Of a stretch of DNA of 64,000 nt, positions 17,812 to 26,642 are shown one piece after another; position 1 is the stretch's first letter; the number at the start of each line of letters is the position of its first letter. The DNA is taken from positions 8,017 to 72,016 of IMG/VR virus record IMGVR_UViG_3300009128_000011; one strand, written 5' to 3'. The DNA is from a virus. The notes beneath the pieces are model-generated. The model was not told the origin of the DNA. It saw nothing but the letters and a program-made list of their open reading frames with translations, and did no database searches. A program made the position numbers and the translations under genes.

Positions 17812-18224
17812 GCCGCCCTCCTTCCCTCGCCACCCTCTGCGCCCGCTTTCGCAAGCGGGCCGACCGCTACGCGCCTGGCGCTGTCGTGCTCCTCAATGAC
17901 TCGCTGGCGCAGTCCGTGGCGGCGCTGTGGCAGGCGACGCCGTCGGAGTGGACGAGGCCCTCCACCAAGCCCCCCCGCGACCCGTACGAGTGGGCGTGGA
18001 CCGGCGTGGACCTGACCGCCGTGGCGGAGGACATCGCGGGCGCCAGCGGGATCCCGCTGCCCACGGTGGCGGTGAAGCTCCTGTTGTTGATCAGGACCAG
18101 GATGGTCTACCCGGACGGGACGGTGGCGGACGCGTGTCGGGACATCTTGGACGCTCGGCGCTTGGCGCACACATCCTCGGCGCTCCAGTCCTTGGAGAAG
18201 GGCCGCAAGGCCGTGGACAGGTGA
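17808..18224 (+). CDS. Hypothetical protein
   Basis: GGGAGG SD; GTGA overlap with the RHH stop. Confidence 0.6.
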   Translation: MSRPPSLATLCARFRKRADRYAPGAVVLLNDSLAQSVAALWQATPSEWTRPSTKPPRDPYEWAWTGVDLTAVAEDIAGASGIPLPTVAVKLLLLIRTRMVYPDGTVADACRDILDARRLAHTSSALQSLEKGRKAVDR

Positions 18225-18226
18225 GG

Positions 18227-18397
18227 CTACCTGTTCTCTCGGATGGCCTGTTCCTTGGTCAGGCCGAACAACTCGACGCCGGGCGCGATTTCCCCTACGG
18301 CCGTTCGGGCGGTGGCCGCGGGGACGGTGCGGATCGTCCGCTTGCGACGTCGTCCGCTGTGGGTGAAGGGGAAGGAGGCTTGCTTGGTGGAGGGCAT
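18227..18397 (-). CDS. Small hypothetical protein
   Basis: 56-codon ORF (MPSTKQASFPF...) filling the gap downstream of 18407-19267. Confidence 0.35.
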   Translation of the reverse strand: MPSTKQASFPFTHSGRRRKRTIRTVPAATARTAVGEIAPGVELFGLTKEQAIRENR

Positions 18398-18406
18398 CGG
18401 TCCAGC

Positions 18407-19267
18407 CTACAGGGAGCGGGGGCAGTACGGACAGCCGTCGGGGCAGTCGCTACCGCTGTGGGCGTTGCCCTTTTTTGGGGTCTCCAGCCCGGCGTGCTCG
18501 ACTACGGCCCGGTAGAGGTCCTCGCCGTAGCAGCCCTGGTAGTGCCGGAGCCACGCCTGCGCCTTGTCGGGCGTGATGCCGCGGACCTTGGCCGTCGCCA
18601 GCGTCCAGCGGGTGGCGCTCTCGGCGGGGACGTACCACTTCTCGGCGTTGCCGTAGTACTCGTAGTAGGCGGTCGTGCCGTCAGCGAGGCGGTACTCGTC
18701 GAGCGTGGCCCAGCCGAGCCGGCCGTCGGGGCCGAAGTTGCTGGCGAGCCGGTCCACCTTCTCGACCTCGTCTCCGGCGTCGTCGGGGGTGGTGGTCGTC
18801 TCGGTCAGCCCGGCGGTGCGCTCGTCCTTGATCGCCCGGTAGGCGATGGCGGTGAGGTCTCGGCCGAGCAGCGTCACGGCGGCCTCGGCCCTCTGCACTT
18901 CCTGGGCCTTGGGCGCCGCCAGCCTCCGCTCCTCCTGACGGCCCTTGCAGGCGTCCTGGTCCAGGCAGGACACGTGCCAGCGCCCCCCGTCGTGGCTCGC
19001 GTCCTCGCACTCGAAGTGGTTGGAGCTGGAGCCGAGGCACTTCCACGTCTCGCCCTCGCCGGGCTGGCAGAGGTGACCGCACTCGTAGCAGCACTCGGCG
19101 CGGCGGTTGGCCCGCACGGTCGGGGCGTGGTCGTGGGTGCAGGTTTCGATAGCGGGACACTCGGTGTGTCGGACGGCCCAGCGGCCGTTGCTGCGGTAGC
19201 ACTCGCCTTCGTTGGCGGCCACGTAGCCGCCGCACTCGCTGCAGGTTCCTGGGTAGCGGTTGTTCAT
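18407..19267 (-). CDS. Hypothetical protein with two CxxC...GEG...H..C zinc fingers, first gene of cassette 3
   Basis: MNNRYPGTCSECG...; GAGG SD; 33 nt from the predicted TSS. Confidence 0.75.
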   Translation of the reverse strand: MNNRYPGTCSECGGYVAANEGECYRSNGRWAVRHTECPAIETCTHDHAPTVRANRRAECCYECGHLCQPGEGETWKCLGSSSNHFECEDASHDGGRWHVSCLDQDACKGRQEERRLAAPKAQEVQRAEAAVTLLGRDLTAIAYRAIKDERTAGLTETTTTPDDAGDEVEKVDRLASNFGPDGRLGWATLDEYRLADGTTAYYEYYGNAEKWYVPAESATRWTLATAKVRGITPDKAQAWLRHYQGCYGEDLYRAVVEHAGLETPKKGNAHSGSDCPDGCPYCPRSL

Positions 19268-19299
19268 CGTATTGCCTCGCGTTGTCGCGTCCTTGACTA

Positions 19300-19366
19300 T
19301 GCCCATAGTGTAACAACCCACGCTGGCCTGGTCAAGGGAAAAGCGCACATCGGGCGAAAAAAGATC
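19300..19366 (-). promoter_or_regulatory. Conserved cassette promoter, copy 3
   Basis: GATCTTTTTTCGCCCGATGTGCGCTTTTCCC-TTGACC-17 nt-TACACT. Confidence 0.85.
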
Positions 19367-19387
19367 ATGCCTGCGAGCCCCCGCTAG

Positions 19388-21319
19388 GTGCCCTCCCCCC
19401 CCGACGTCCAGGCCGACCTGCGGGCAGCGGTCGACGCCCTCCCGGAGGAGGACAAGCAGCGGCTGGCGGCGGCCTTCCGGGAGGACGCCGAGCGGCGTCG
19501 ACAGGAGCAGGCGCAGCACGAGGAGCGGGAGAGGGAAGCGCGCAAGGCCCGGGGACGCCGGGATCCCGCGTGGTTCCTGCGGTGGTACCTGCCCAAGGCC
19601 TTCCGGCTGAAGTTCGGCCGCTTCCAGCTCGACCTGATCGACGACTTCAAGGAGCTGATCGAGGCGTCGCTGGCGAAGGAGGAGCGCGTCGGCCCTGCAC
19701 TTCGGCTCGTCGAGGAGGACTGGCGGGAGGTCGATACGGAGCCCGACGACGGGGAGGACTACACCGAGGAGGAGCTGGAGGCGCTCCTTGAGCAGGCAGC
19801 CGGGGAGGTGCCGCACTGCGAGGTCGCCGTGTGCCCACGCTTGCACGGCAAGACTTCGTTGCTGGAGGGGCTCGTCCTGTGGTGCGTGGCGTATGGGCTG
19901 CGCAACTTCATCCTGTTCTGTTCGTCGATCCAGGAGCAGAGCATGGACCGCCTCAGCGTGGTCATGGGCCACATCGAGAGCAACGACCGTCTGCACGCTG
20001 ACTTCCCCGAACTGCGCCCGGGCAAGATCAAGTGGACGAACAAGGACGGTGTCACGTCCACGGGGATCCGCCTCAAGGCGTACGGGATCCTCAACCGGAT
20101 TCGGGGGGTCAAGCACGGGGAGCTGCGCCCCGACCTCGCCCTCGGTGATGATATCGAGGACACGGTCAACGTCGAGACGGAGCTCCAGCGGCGCAAGGGG
20201 CGCACGTGGCTGACCCGGGTCCTCATGCCGGCGCTCGACAACCTGCGGGGCGTCCTGTTCATCGCCGGGACCATCCTCCACTACGACGCCCTCCTGGCCC
20301 GTCTGGTGGACGAGGACGAGCACTTCCCGGGGTGGCGCAAGCGGCGCTACAAGGCACTCAACAAGGACGCCAACGGGAAGTTGTGGGCTCTCTGGCCCTC
20401 TCGGTGGCCGGTGCCCGCGCTGCTGGCACAGCGGTCGGCCAAGACGGGGGTGGGTGCAATCGCCTTCGCCTGCGAGTACCAAAATGACCCGATCAGCGAC
20501 GAGACGACCCTCTTCCAGATGACATGGCTCCGCGGTGGCCGCGACCGCGGCCGCGCCTTCGCCGAGAGCTACGAGGCGGCGAAGGCGACGCTGGGCGGGG
20601 TACCTCCCCTCGTCATGGTCCCGGGGTGCGACTTCGGGTGGGTCCACGACAAGAAGAGCGCGGAGGAGCGGGACTCCAACTACACGGTGTGCATCACCGT
20701 CGCCGTCCACCCCGAGACCCGCCACCGCCACATCCTGCGCATCTACCGGGACCGCGGGCGCACGTCACAGCAGTACATCGACGCCATCGCCGACGAGGTG
20801 CGGGTCACCTACCCGGACCCGGTGGAGTGTCCGCGCCACCGCCTGGCGGTGGAGACCGTGGGGCTGCAGCGGCAGCTCTACGAGCTCGGTTTCCAGGAGC
20901 AGACCGACCTCAGCGTGGTCGGGATCAACACGGGCACCGAGAAGGCCGACCCCTACGAGGGGATCCCGATCTTGTCGGCGCTGTTCGAGGGCGGCCAGTA
21001 CCACACGCCGTGGCCGGTCGGTGACGACCCGGAGTCGGTCCGGCAGCGGGAGCTGGTGCAGACGCTGGAGAACGAGCTGTGGGGGCTCGGCTCCGAGGCG
21101 CACGACGACATGGTCCTGGCCCTCTGGTTCACAGAGGTGGTGATTCGCCGTATGCTGAGGGTCTACGACGCCGCCCTCCGACAGGCGGCCCAGCGGGAGG
21201 AGCAGCCCAGTGGCAGACCGCAGCAGCCGCCGACACCCGCCCCAGCTCGAGAGCCGCAAGGCCCAACAGGGCAGCGGGTCATCCCCACCAGGCCCATCGG
21301 GGTCCGTCGTGTCGGGTAG
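19388..21319 (+). CDS. terL: Terminase large subunit
   Basis: Walker A PRLHGKTS, IRGVKH..RPDL..GDDIED, GTILHYD, AFACEYQNDP, nuclease GCDFG and HDDMVLAL. Confidence 0.93.
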   Translation: MPSPPDVQADLRAAVDALPEEDKQRLAAAFREDAERRRQEQAQHEEREREARKARGRRDPAWFLRWYLPKAFRLKFGRFQLDLIDDFKELIEASLAKEERVGPALRLVEEDWREVDTEPDDGEDYTEEELEALLEQAAGEVPHCEVAVCPRLHGKTSLLEGLVLWCVAYGLRNFILFCSSIQEQSMDRLSVVMGHIESNDRLHADFPELRPGKIKWTNKDGVTSTGIRLKAYGILNRIRGVKHGELRPDLALGDDIEDTVNVETELQRRKGRTWLTRVLMPALDNLRGVLFIAGTILHYDALLARLVDEDEHFPGWRKRRYKALNKDANGKLWALWPSRWPVPALLAQRSAKTGVGAIAFACEYQNDPISDETTLFQMTWLRGGRDRGRAFAESYEAAKATLGGVPPLVMVPGCDFGWVHDKKSAEERDSNYTVCITVAVHPETRHRHILRIYRDRGRTSQQYIDAIADEVRVTYPDPVECPRHRLAVETVGLQRQLYELGFQEQTDLSVVGINTGTEKADPYEGIPILSALFEGGQYHTPWPVGDDPESVRQRELVQTLENELWGLGSEAHDDMVLALWFTEVVIRRMLRVYDAALRQAAQREEQPSGRPQQPPTPAPAREPQGPTGQRVIPTRPIGVRRVG

Positions 21320-23267
21320 CCAGGTGACGGTCAAGGGGTTCACCTTCGGTGGGGACGGCGCCCCGCGTTCTCCGGGCCGCGGGGACAAGATCCTCGTCCC
21401 GTTCTCGCAGATGCAGCCGCAGGACCCGCTGTTCTCGCGGCTCATGGCCGAGGGGGACCGCGGCGAGCGGCTGTACGAGCTCCCCATCCCGCCGCCGGTC
21501 GACCTGGACGACCTGGCAACGGCACACTCGGCGTCGTGCATCCTGCCGCAGCTCGGGGACGCCATGTCGTCCGCGGTGGAGGAGCAGGGGCACGAGTTCG
21601 TCCCGGTGCGCAAGTTCAAGGCGGATGAGGAGGACGAGGACGGGACGTCGCCGCAGCTCAAGGCGGAGATGGCTGTCGAGCGGCGCAACCTGCGCCGCTT
21701 CTTCCGTCACGCCAGCCGCCCGGTGTCGTGGAACGCGACGACGGCGCAGACCCGGACGGACCTCGAGCCCATGGGGTGGCGGGCTCTCCAGGTGCTCCGG
21801 CTTCCCCCGGAGGGGTGGGAGAAAGCCGGCGACGACTGGCAGCAGCAGGCCGAAGGGACGCGCAACGAGGACGGGACGATCAAGGCGCCGGGCTGGGGTG
21901 CGGAGCGGGATCCCCTCGGGCCCATCGTGGGCGTCCAGCACATCGAGGGCAACACCCTGCGCTACTGCGAGTCGTCGGATCCGCTGTACGTGACGGACTG
22001 GCTGTACGAGGAGGACGAGGACCCGGAGCACACGGAGGAGGACGACCCCGGGACGCCGAGCTACGTCCCGATGCCAGCGTGGCGGCGCTTCCGGCTGATC
22101 GCCCATGCCAGGACCTCAAGCTTCGCGTCGAACATCGGGCGTGAGTACGCCGAGACCACGATCCCAAACATCGGGGAGGGGGTGCGGTACTTCCGGCAGT
22201 TCGGCGACCCGAGGATCATCGACTGCCGGGACGGGAAGGTCATCGGCAACTACCTGACCGGCGACTTCCCCGACCCGACGGCGAGGGACCACAAGGGGGA
22301 CCTACTCTACCCTCCCGAGTGCTGGGCGAACGAGCTGATCGTCGACCGGTACTACCATCCCCTGTGGGAGCCGTACGGCCGGCCGTGGTGGTTCGGCGTC
22401 CAGGAGACGGATCAGGCGCTGACGAGCGCGGCGTCGGCGAACCGGCACGGGATCGAGGACCCGACGATCCCCAGGGTGTTCCTCACGTCGGAGGGGACGA
22501 ACACCTCGGTGGGGGACTTCGACCGGGCGCTGGAGACGGCGGAGAAGAACCGGGGGCAGGATCCGTCCGCGCATTTCCGCATGATGCTGGTGGAGACGCA
22601 GCCCCACCCGTCCGGCGACCCCATGGTGGACGGGGGCAAGCAGGCGAAGCCGGCCTTGAACGTCCACCAGATTCAGGTGCTCCCCGATGACGGCCTCTTC
22701 GTCGACTTCGACGAGCAGGGGCGCAAGAAGCTCCGGAGCGCCCGGCGCCTCTCCAGCCAGTCGGTGGGGCTGTCGGAGGACGACAGCTTCGCTTCGGCCC
22801 AGGCCGCCCTCGTCATGGAGGACAAGTCGGTGGTCGGTCCCGAGCGGGATCGGTGGGACGCGCTGATCAACGTCACCCTGGTGGCGTCCCTGCGGATCAA
22901 GTGGTGGCGCTACCAGACGAAGGCCCGCAAGCTCGTCAGCCCGGAGGACCGGAGCAAGGCGGTGGACGCCGCGGAGCGGGGCGGGGCGATGACGCCGAAC
23001 CTCCACCGGGAGCGCCTGGGGGAGACCATCGGGGAGGAGATCGACCCCATCGCCGAGAGCTGGGGGGACGCGCCGTTCGCCGTGACCCTGGAGGAGACGA
23101 AGGCGCTCGGGCAGTTCGGGCTGGCGCCGGAGGTGGAGGAAGACGTCGAGGAGACGCCCGGGGGCGAGGAGGGTGCTGGCGCCGAGAAGGCGGCCGCTCC
23201 GGACGATGACGACCTGGTCGTGGCGCTCAAGGGGCTGCGGCGGTACCTGGAGGCCCGGGAGGCGTGA
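21309..23267 (+). CDS. Portal protein (PBSX-like)
   Basis: Directly after terL; YFRQFGDPR, ANELI...YGRPWW, MTPNLHRE motifs; start codon uncertain. Confidence 0.85.
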   Translation: MSGSQVTVKGFTFGGDGAPRSPGRGDKILVPFSQMQPQDPLFSRLMAEGDRGERLYELPIPPPVDLDDLATAHSASCILPQLGDAMSSAVEEQGHEFVPVRKFKADEEDEDGTSPQLKAEMAVERRNLRRFFRHASRPVSWNATTAQTRTDLEPMGWRALQVLRLPPEGWEKAGDDWQQQAEGTRNEDGTIKAPGWGAERDPLGPIVGVQHIEGNTLRYCESSDPLYVTDWLYEEDEDPEHTEEDDPGTPSYVPMPAWRRFRLIAHARTSSFASNIGREYAETTIPNIGEGVRYFRQFGDPRIIDCRDGKVIGNYLTGDFPDPTARDHKGDLLYPPECWANELIVDRYYHPLWEPYGRPWWFGVQETDQALTSAASANRHGIEDPTIPRVFLTSEGTNTSVGDFDRALETAEKNRGQDPSAHFRMMLVETQPHPSGDPMVDGGKQAKPALNVHQIQVLPDDGLFVDFDEQGRKKLRSARRLSSQSVGLSEDDSFASAQAALVMEDKSVVGPERDRWDALINVTLVASLRIKWWRYQTKARKLVSPEDRSKAVDAAERGGAMTPNLHRERLGETIGEEIDPIAESWGDAPFAVTLEETKALGQFGLAPEVEEDVEETPGGEEGAGAEKAAAPDDDDLVVALKGLRRYLEAREA

Positions 23268-24601
23268 CCGCCGTCCACCCCGCCCTCCCCGAGGTCGACG
23301 CCTGCCTCGCCGCCCTTGGCCACGGGCGCCCGATCCGCGATGCCCTCAAGATCACCGACGAGCAGCTCGCAGCGATCCAGGAGCGGCTCGGGGTGGCGCT
23401 GGACCTCGAGGGCGAGCTCACCGTCGGCATCATGGCCGAGTGGACCCCACGAGCCCGGGAGGCGCTGGCAGGTCTCGACGACGTGCTGGAGGCGGCGGGA
23501 GGGGACGTCGACGCGGTGGTCGCCGCCCTCGGTGAGGAGTTCAAGGGCATCGGGAAGGTGCTGGAGCCCCTGGTCTCCGACAAGGTCGGCGTCGCCTACG
23601 ACACCGAGCGGGTGGCGGTCATGCGGTCGGGGGCCATCTCGGAGGCGGCCAGCTTCGACGTGGTGGACGTGGCGGCCAAGGAGTGGCTGGACAAGGACAC
23701 CGTCTACTGGGTCGATAACGCCTACGACCGGGTGATTGGCAAGCGGGTGGCGACGGTCGTGAGCGACGTCGCCGTCGAGCAGGGGCTGGGGACGAGGGCC
23801 GCGGCGCAGGCGCTCCGAGAGCAGCTCCCCCCGGAGCTCCTGGGGAAGAAGCCGCGGGGGTACTTCGAGGTGGTGGCTTCGAGTGCTACCACGCGGGCCA
23901 GGACGTTCGGCGCCATCGCCAGCTTTGAGCAGGCGAACATCGCCTCGGCGCAGTACATCTCGGTCCTGGACCAGGTCACCTCCCGGATCTGCCGGGAGCT
24001 GGATGGCCGTGTCTACCGCGTCGAGGTGCTCACCGAGCTGCGGGACCGCATGCTGGAGGCCGACTCGCCTGAGGCGGCGAAGGAGATCATGCCCTGGGTG
24101 CCGGCGTCTTCGTTGCAGGGCAAGGCCACGGAGCAGCTCGAGGCGGAGGGTGCGATCATACCCCCCGCACACGGGAGATGCAGATCGAGCCTGGATATCT
24201 TCGTCTCCGAGGGGACCGTGAACCAGACCGCCGGCCCCCAGGCCGCCCCCGAGACGACCGGAGCGTGGGGCGCCTACTCGGAGCGGGAGCTGGCGAACAA
24301 GCTCAAGCCGATCACGACGAACCCGCCGGCGCTCACGGCCGCCATCGACGCGGACCTGTCGACGGCGCAGGTGGCGAAGGCGCGCCAGGCAGTGGCGACG
24401 AGATCCGCGGTGGTGGGGACGTTCCCGGACGCGAAGGTGGGGCGGCGCATGGGGTTCTGGGACGAGTCCGCAGGGGTCCGCGCCGAGTTGGACGAGGCGG
24501 GGCTGATCTGGGCGGTGGAGGAGATGGGAGCCGGGGACGTGGCGGCTCGACTCGCGGCCGACCGGGCGACCGGCGTGTCGATGGCGCTGGAGGGACTGTA
24601 G
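23264..24601 (+). CDS. MuF/SPP1 gp7-like head morphogenesis protein with a C-terminal extension
   Basis: SVLDQVTSRICRELDG and PPAHGRCRS motifs; follows the portal gene. Confidence 0.88.
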   Translation: MTAVHPALPEVDACLAALGHGRPIRDALKITDEQLAAIQERLGVALDLEGELTVGIMAEWTPRAREALAGLDDVLEAAGGDVDAVVAALGEEFKGIGKVLEPLVSDKVGVAYDTERVAVMRSGAISEAASFDVVDVAAKEWLDKDTVYWVDNAYDRVIGKRVATVVSDVAVEQGLGTRAAAQALREQLPPELLGKKPRGYFEVVASSATTRARTFGAIASFEQANIASAQYISVLDQVTSRICRELDGRVYRVEVLTELRDRMLEADSPEAAKEIMPWVPASSLQGKATEQLEAEGAIIPPAHGRCRSSLDIFVSEGTVNQTAGPQAAPETTGAWGAYSERELANKLKPITTNPPALTAAIDADLSTAQVAKARQAVATRSAVVGTFPDAKVGRRMGFWDESAGVRAELDEAGLIWAVEEMGAGDVAARLAADRATGVSMALEGL

Positions 24602-25708
24602 ATGCCGCTCATGGGATGCCAGAAGGACGGGGCCGACGGTTGGAAGTACGGCGAGTCGGGGACCTGCTACGTCGGTCCAGACGCCAAGCAGAAGGCCATC
24701 GCCCAGGGGGTCGCCATGGGGGAGATCAAGGCCGAAGACGCCGCCAAGTTCCAGGGCACGAGCCCGGCGCCAGGGAGCAAGGTCACCGTCATGCTCCGCA
24801 TCCCGGAGCCGCTGGCGGCGCAGTGGCCGGAGCACGACGAGGGCTCCCCTCCCCACTTCACCCTGCTGTTCGTCGGCGAGGTCCCCGACGACAAGCGCTC
24901 CGAGTTCCTGGTGGGGGTGGCGGCGGAGGTCCTCTCCACCGCAGCGTTCGACGTCGAGCTGGCCGAGGGCGTCTCCTGGTTCACCTCCACCGGCGAGCAT
25001 GCCGGCCAGGAGGTGGCCCACAAGGCGGTGGTGGACTCGGCACCGATGGCCGAGCTACACGGCCGGCTGCGGGAGGTGGCCGAAGATCTCGACATCGACG
25101 TCGCCCACGTCGGGGAGGGCTTCAAGGCGCACGCCACCCTGGCGATCCTGGACGAGCGCGAGTACCCGGGCCCCGTGCCGGAGGGTTCGTTCCGGGCCGG
25201 GGTGGTCGAGGTGTGGGGGTACCCCGAGGACTACGTCTTCCCGCTGGCGCCCAAGGTGGTCGTGGCCAAGGCCGCGGCGCCCCCTCCGGGCTTCACCCTC
25301 TCCCTCAAGCTCAACGACGAGCGCCGGGAGGCCACCGGGGTGCTGGCCAAGGCGTTCGACGGGACGTCTGACAGCCTCGACACCGACGGCGAAGCCCTCA
25401 CGGCCGAAGACGTCCTCACGCTGGCCCGCAGCTTCATGCTCCAGGAGCTGATCGCCGGCCACGACGACAACCACGACCGGCTGCCGCACAACCGCCGGCT
25501 GGTGGAGATCTTCGTCAACGACGACCGGGTGCAGTCGCCCCTCTTCCCCGCGGACGCCGCGGTGGCGACCATGCACTACCCCGAGGACGAGGACTGGGCG
25601 CTGGTCAAGTCCGGGCAGCGGGCGGGCTTCAGCTTCGACGCTGGGACGATCCCGGTGGTCCGGGAGGTGGAGATCCTGGTGCGGCCGGAGGAGGTGGTGG
25701 GGGCTTAG
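24602..25708 (+). CDS. Fusion of a 2H phosphoesterase (Acb1/LigT-like) and an XkdF-like prohead protease
   Basis: Two HxT motifs (PHFTLLF, AHATLAI); C-terminal DTDGE...H...LVE...WALVKSGQRAGFSF. Confidence 0.8.
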   Translation: MPLMGCQKDGADGWKYGESGTCYVGPDAKQKAIAQGVAMGEIKAEDAAKFQGTSPAPGSKVTVMLRIPEPLAAQWPEHDEGSPPHFTLLFVGEVPDDKRSEFLVGVAAEVLSTAAFDVELAEGVSWFTSTGEHAGQEVAHKAVVDSAPMAELHGRLREVAEDLDIDVAHVGEGFKAHATLAILDEREYPGPVPEGSFRAGVVEVWGYPEDYVFPLAPKVVVAKAAAPPPGFTLSLKLNDERREATGVLAKAFDGTSDSLDTDGEALTAEDVLTLARSFMLQELIAGHDDNHDRLPHNRRLVEIFVNDDRVQSPLFPADAAVATMHYPEDEDWALVKSGQRAGFSFDAGTIPVVREVEILVRPEEVVGA

Positions 25709-25994
25709 GGGGGTTATCGGTCCACCACAGGTAGACGAGGACCATCACGGTAAGGGGCCACACGAGGCCAGCGACGACACAGGCGTCGGGGGAGTCGCCT
25801 TCGTCCAGAGAGTGGGCGATGCTGGACACGATGCCCCACCCGAGCAGGTAGGTTTTGATGTGCACGGCAGTGCGCCACGAGGGGAATCCGTCGGTCGTGG
25901 CGAAGATGACGACGGTTGTCCCCAGGACGAGCGGGAGTGCAAAGCCTGCCAGCAGGGCGTAGGCGATGGGTTGCCACTGGAAGCCCTTACCCAC
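25629..25994 (-). CDS. Membrane protein (2-3 hydrophobic helices)
   Basis: GTG start overlapping the HTH gene stop; hydrophobic segments; 3' end overlaps the convergent gene. Confidence 0.55.
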   Translation of the reverse strand: MGKGFQWQPIAYALLAGFALPLVLGTTVVIFATTDGFPSWRTAVHIKTYLLGWGIVSSIAHSLDEGDSPDACVVAGLVWPLTVMVLVYLWWTDNPPKPPPPPPAAPGSPPPGPPGSSQRRS

Positions 25995-26481
25995 CGGCTC
26001 CCCTTTCCACCGGCTCCTTCCAGGCCTTCCAGTGGTTCTTCCGGGCGGCCTTGTCCAGCTCCTCCTTGAGGGTGGTCTCGCCGGCGAGGAGCCGGAGGAC
26101 CAGTCGGTCGCCGCCGCACGGGGCCGACTGCCCCAGGTTCCAGCGGCTGACGGTGCCGGGTCGCCGCCGCAGCAACCGGGAGATGTCGCCCTGCGTGAGC
26201 CCCTGCTGTTCGCACACCTTCTGTAGGAGGGGGTCCTGGAGGGGGATCTGGGGCGTGCGAGAACTCTGGATGGCGACGACCTCCTTCGGCAAGGTGGTCT
26301 CGCAGGCGACCAGGCGCAGCGCGAGACGGTCACCGGCCCGGGGCTGCTGGAGCCGTCTGCTCCACTTCGACACGGTGGCGGTGGACCGACCAAGCAACCG
26401 CGCTATGTCGGCCTGCGTGATGTTGCGCGTGCGACATGCCCGTCTGGCAAGGGGGAGATGCTTGTACGCTGGGTTACCCAT
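25987..26481 (-). CDS. Tandem double XRE-type HTH regulator
   Basis: ITQADIARLLGRSTATVSKW and LTQGDISRLLRRRPGTVSRW, each followed by GDRL.LRL. Confidence 0.85.
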   Translation of the reverse strand: MGNPAYKHLPLARRACRTRNITQADIARLLGRSTATVSKWSRRLQQPRAGDRLALRLVACETTLPKEVVAIQSSRTPQIPLQDPLLQKVCEQQGLTQGDISRLLRRRPGTVSRWNLGQSAPCGGDRLVLRLLAGETTLKEELDKAARKNHWKAWKEPVERGAGG

Positions 26482-26487
26482 GCCCTC

Positions 26488-26517
26488 ATTCTAGCAGTGG
26501 CGTGTTGATTGCGTCAA
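26488..26517 (-). promoter_or_regulatory. Promoter for the leaderless double-HTH gene
   Basis: TTGACG-18 nt-TAGAAT, then 6 nt, then ATG. Confidence 0.7.
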
Positions 26518-26642
26518 CGGTGGGTTGCTGTAAGCGCACGGGACAGATTACCGCACGCTGCCCTTCGTTGCACTACGTGTAGGGCGGGGTTGACAACCTG
26601 TCGCGACGTCGTGCACCCTTTCCCCAGTACGGGAGTCGCCCC

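Noticed and set aside
10206-22445. Other CUGANGA cores (near 10207, 15358, 22420) as hammerheads
   Set aside because: No stem II followed by GAAA and stem III; all lie inside coding regions.
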